Shown: positions 61,129 through 64,000 of the stretch, piece by piece
How the letters are laid out: each line of letters starts with the position of its first letter
Numbering within the stretch: the first letter of the stretch is position 1
From: Spirochaetota bacterium
GTDB lineage: Bacteria > Spirochaetota > Spirochaetia > SZUA-6
DNA length: 64,000 bases
NCBI GenBank assembly: GCA_013151965.1
Contig: JAADHF010000132.1
Coordinates: forward strand, 10,412-74,411
Direction: 5' to 3'
Translations under genes and position numbers: made by a program
Notes under the pieces: generated by a model
Database searches by the model: none
The model's input: only the letters and a program-made list of their open reading frames with translations
Told to the model about the DNA's origin: nothing

Positions 61129-63101
61129 ATATAAAAGGGTTGGAAGCTGCAGCATTGTCTGTCAGAACCTTAACTGTAGATGCAGTACAGGCAGCTAATT
61201 CCGGGCATCCCGGATTGCCTATGGGCTGTGCGGAATTGGGTTCCCTTATTTACGGCGAGGTGCTTCATCATAATCCGGCACATCCGGAATGGCCGGACAG
61301 GGATAGATTTGTACTGTCTGCAGGGCATGGAGTGCTTCTCGAGTATGCGCTTCTGTATATGTCCGGTTATGATATTTCGGTAGATGATATTTCTAAATTC
61401 CGCAGGCTCGGGTCAAAGGCTCCGGGGCATCCCGAGTATGGTGTAACTCCGGGCATAGAGACAACAACCGGTCCTCTCGGCCAGGGATTCGGCAATGGAG
61501 TGGGTATGGCAATAGCCGAAAGAATGCTTTCCGCTAAATTCAATACCGGTAAACACAAAATTGTGGATCATTTTACCTATGTTTTAACAGGCGACGGAGA
61601 CCTGATGGAGGGCATCAGTTCGGAAGCAGCTTCTCTTGCAGGGCATCTCGGACTTGGAAAATTAATTGTATTTTATGATTCAAATAGTGTCACAATAGAA
61701 GGTTCGACAGATCTTGCATTTACGGAAGATGTTCTTAAACGGTTCGAAGCTTACGGGTGGCATACTCTTTCCGGGGATTCCTATAACTTTAAAGAGGTTG
61801 CGGGACTGGTGGAAGAGGCAAAAGGTGTTAAAGACAGACCTTCTATCATTAAGCTGACCTCGGTAATAGCAAAGGGCTCTCCTCATCTTGCCGGAAATCC
61901 GAAAGCTCACGGGGCTCCGCTGGGAGAGGAAGAGGTAAAGGCTGTAAAGAAAGCTCTGGGCGTGCCGGCCGATTCACGGTTTTATGTAGCGGATGAGGCC
62001 CTGGAATATTTTAAGACCAGAAGAGAGCTGTGGGAAGAAGAGTACAGGGCATGGACGGATAGGTTTGATAAATGGAAAAGTGAAAACAGAGAACTGTACA
62101 ATGAGTGGATTGGATACTTTAACTGGAAAAAACCTTCGGAATACATGATTGATATGCCGGAATTTAAGACCGGGGATAAAATTGCCACAAGAGCTGCAGG
62201 AGGGAAAGTGTTAAATGCAATTGCTAAAGCCGTTCCGAATCTGGTCGGAGGCTCTGCGGATTTGGGACCTTCCAATAAGACGGTGATGGAAGGTGCGGGT
62301 GAATTCGCAAAGAATAATCCTTCCGGGAGGAATATTCACTTCGGAGTCAGAGAGCATGCCATGGGTTCGATTACGAATGGTATTGTGCTTCATGGGGGAT
62401 TAAGGCCTTTCTGTGCAACCTTCCTCGTTTTCTCCGATTATATGAAGCCGCCCATAAGGCTTGCAAGTATGATGAAGATTCCGGTAATATATGTTTTTAC
62501 CCATGATTCTATCTTTGTCGGAGAAGACGGGCCTACTCATGAACCGGTGGAGCAGCTTGCCGCCCTGCGCAGTATTCCGGGGCTTATAACATTAAGGCCG
62601 GGTGATGCGGAAGAAACAGCCGAAGCCTGGTTAATGGCCATCGGAAGGCAGGACGGGCCGACTGCCATGGCATTAACACGCCAGGGTCTGGTCGTGTATT
62701 CGAAGTATGATAAAAACTGGAAGGATAATATAAGAAAGGGCGCATATATTGTAAAAGAACCGGATGGTAAACCGGATGTTATTGTTATTGCAACCGGCTC
62801 CGAGGTTTCTATGGCTCTGGAAGCGGCGGAAAAGATTAAGGATAAACGTGTTCGTGTTGTTTCGATGATCTCTTATGAATTGTTTAAGCAGCAGAATGAT
62901 AATTTTAAAAATAATATTATTCCCCCGAATATCCGAAGAGTTGTAGTAGAGGCCGGAACATCTTTCGGATGGACAGGGCTGGTTTTAAATGATAATGATG
63001 CTGTTGCGATTGACAGGTTCGGAGAATCAGGGTCCGGCCGGGAAGTGGCGGAAGATATGGGGCTCACGGCAGAGTCGCTCGTGAAAAGGATACTGTTATA
63101 A
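61125..63101 (+). CDS. tkt: Transketolase
   Basis: The N-terminal TPP-binding region reads HPGLPMGCAE...GHG. 658 aa. Confidence 0.95.
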   Translation: MNIKGLEAAALSVRTLTVDAVQAANSGHPGLPMGCAELGSLIYGEVLHHNPAHPEWPDRDRFVLSAGHGVLLEYALLYMSGYDISVDDISKFRRLGSKAPGHPEYGVTPGIETTTGPLGQGFGNGVGMAIAERMLSAKFNTGKHKIVDHFTYVLTGDGDLMEGISSEAASLAGHLGLGKLIVFYDSNSVTIEGSTDLAFTEDVLKRFEAYGWHTLSGDSYNFKEVAGLVEEAKGVKDRPSIIKLTSVIAKGSPHLAGNPKAHGAPLGEEEVKAVKKALGVPADSRFYVADEALEYFKTRRELWEEEYRAWTDRFDKWKSENRELYNEWIGYFNWKKPSEYMIDMPEFKTGDKIATRAAGGKVLNAIAKAVPNLVGGSADLGPSNKTVMEGAGEFAKNNPSGRNIHFGVREHAMGSITNGIVLHGGLRPFCATFLVFSDYMKPPIRLASMMKIPVIYVFTHDSIFVGEDGPTHEPVEQLAALRSIPGLITLRPGDAEETAEAWLMAIGRQDGPTAMALTRQGLVVYSKYDKNWKDNIRKGAYIVKEPDGKPDVIVIATGSEVSMALEAAEKIKDKRVRVVSMISYELFKQQNDNFKNNIIPPNIRRVVVEAGTSFGWTGLVLNDNDAVAIDRFGESGSGREVAEDMGLTAESLVKRILL

Positions 63102-63104
63102 GAT

Positions 63105-64000
63105 ATGGATTCGAATAATAAAAATGGTGAAATTGATGACTTAGTAAGGTTAACGTTTTTTTCTGATGTTGTGCGGGGTCTATCCGCGGCAAAAACCATA
63201 AACGAAGTTATCCGGCAGGTAATGGAGAAGATAGGAACCATTTTTGCCCCCCTTAACTGGTCGCTTTTGCTCAGAAACAGAAGAACAGGTGAACTGTTTT
63301 TTAAGGTTGTTGTGGGAAAGAATGCTGAAAAACTTAAAGGCCGGACTGTGCCCAAAGGTACCGGCGTGGCAAACTGGATAGCGGATAAAGGTCAGGCGGT
63401 TATCATCGAAGATGTAACAAAAGATCCGCGCTTTAACAGTTATTTTGATAAGACAACCGGCTTTAAAACAAAGTCTATTATCGGGGTGCCCTTAAAAACA
63501 GAAGACAGGGTTTTCGGAGTCATAGAGTTAATTAACAAACTAAACGGGAAAATTTTTACACCTTTTGAGTTAAAAATACTCTCTACAATAGGTGATTTTG
63601 CGGCGATTGCAATGGCCAAGATATACTACTTCAGTGCGTTAAAAAAAATAGCGACTATAGATCCATTGACAAACATATACAACCGGAGGATTTTCGATAA
63701 TCAGTTCAAAAGAGAATCAGAGAGGTGCAGACGGTACGGCGGCGCTCTTTCGATTCTCATGCTGGATGTGGATGAGTTTAAAAAAATAAACGATCAGTTC
63801 GGTCATCCTGCAGGAGATAAGGTTCTTAAGAATCTTGCCAAGATATTGGAGAAGAATATCAGGAAAGTGGATATCGTAGCCCGGTACGGCGGTGATGAAT
63901 TTGTAATACTTATGCCTAATACGGACAGGAAAGAGGCGGAACTTGTCAGGGAGAGAATTAAAAAAGATATAGAAGAATTTAACAGTTCCGGTACGGATTT
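63105..64000 (+). CDS. GAF-GGDEF diguanylate cyclase, 3'-truncated by window end
   Basis: Open frame 3 to the window edge, absent from the ORF track because no stop lies in the window. The GAF region is followed by RYGGDEF (the GGDEF motif), with RYGG upstream. Confidence 0.8.
   Translation, partial: MDSNNKNGEIDDLVRLTFFSDVVRGLSAAKTINEVIRQVMEKIGTIFAPLNWSLLLRNRRTGELFFKVVVGKNAEKLKGRTVPKGTGVANWIADKGQAVIIEDVTKDPRFNSYFDKTTGFKTKSIIGVPLKTEDRVFGVIELINKLNGKIFTPFELKILSTIGDFAAIAMAKIYYFSALKKIATIDPLTNIYNRRIFDNQFKRESERCRRYGGALSILMLDVDEFKKINDQFGHPAGDKVLKNLAKILEKNIRKVDIVARYGGDEFVILMPNTDRKEAELVRERIKKDIEEFNSSGTD

Overview
This 64-kb window is mostly core chromosome from a moderately AT-rich, spirochete-like bacterium. 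There are three spirochete hallmarks: (1) a Borrelia/Treponema-style flgK-flgL-fliW-csrA operon; (2) a filament locus on the minus strand with two tandem FlaB-type flagellins, flaG, fliD and two extra genes, a hypothetical protein and a membrane-anchored PilZ protein; (3) groEL standing alone with no adjacent groES. About 15 kb in the middle (28.3-43.0 kb, minus strand) is a complete carbonyl-branch Wood-Ljungdahl (CODH/ACS) operon. In transcription order it reads cooC, cooS (acsA), cooF, an FAD/NAD oxidoreductase, acsB, acsC, RACo (acsV), acsF, acsD, acsE, and then three less usual tail genes: a DRTGG/P-loop protein, a DUF166-like protein and a small ferredoxin. The remaining genes are housekeeping: infC-rpmI-rplT with a non-AUG infC start, tsaB/tsaE, mnmA, birA, pgl, tkt, and yajC-secD-secF. 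The window is also dense in second-messenger genes. It holds an HD-GYP phosphodiesterase, at least three PilZ-domain proteins (two are paralogous TM-anchored YcgR-like proteins, one is PlzA-like), a 1020-aa HEAT-repeat class-III nucleotide cyclase, a hybrid histidine kinase and a GAF-GGDEF protein cut off at the 3' edge. No tRNA, rRNA, CRISPR array, transposase or obvious defence system was seen. Candidate novelties, all inferred from sequence motifs only, are: a small caspase/CHAT-like protein translationally coupled to a TM-PilZ protein; PilZ and unknown genes fused into the fliD operon; CsrA-type GGA hairpins in both flaB leaders; a GC-rich structured element between the flaB genes; the unusual accessory tail of the acs operon; and an EndoQ-like PHP nuclease.
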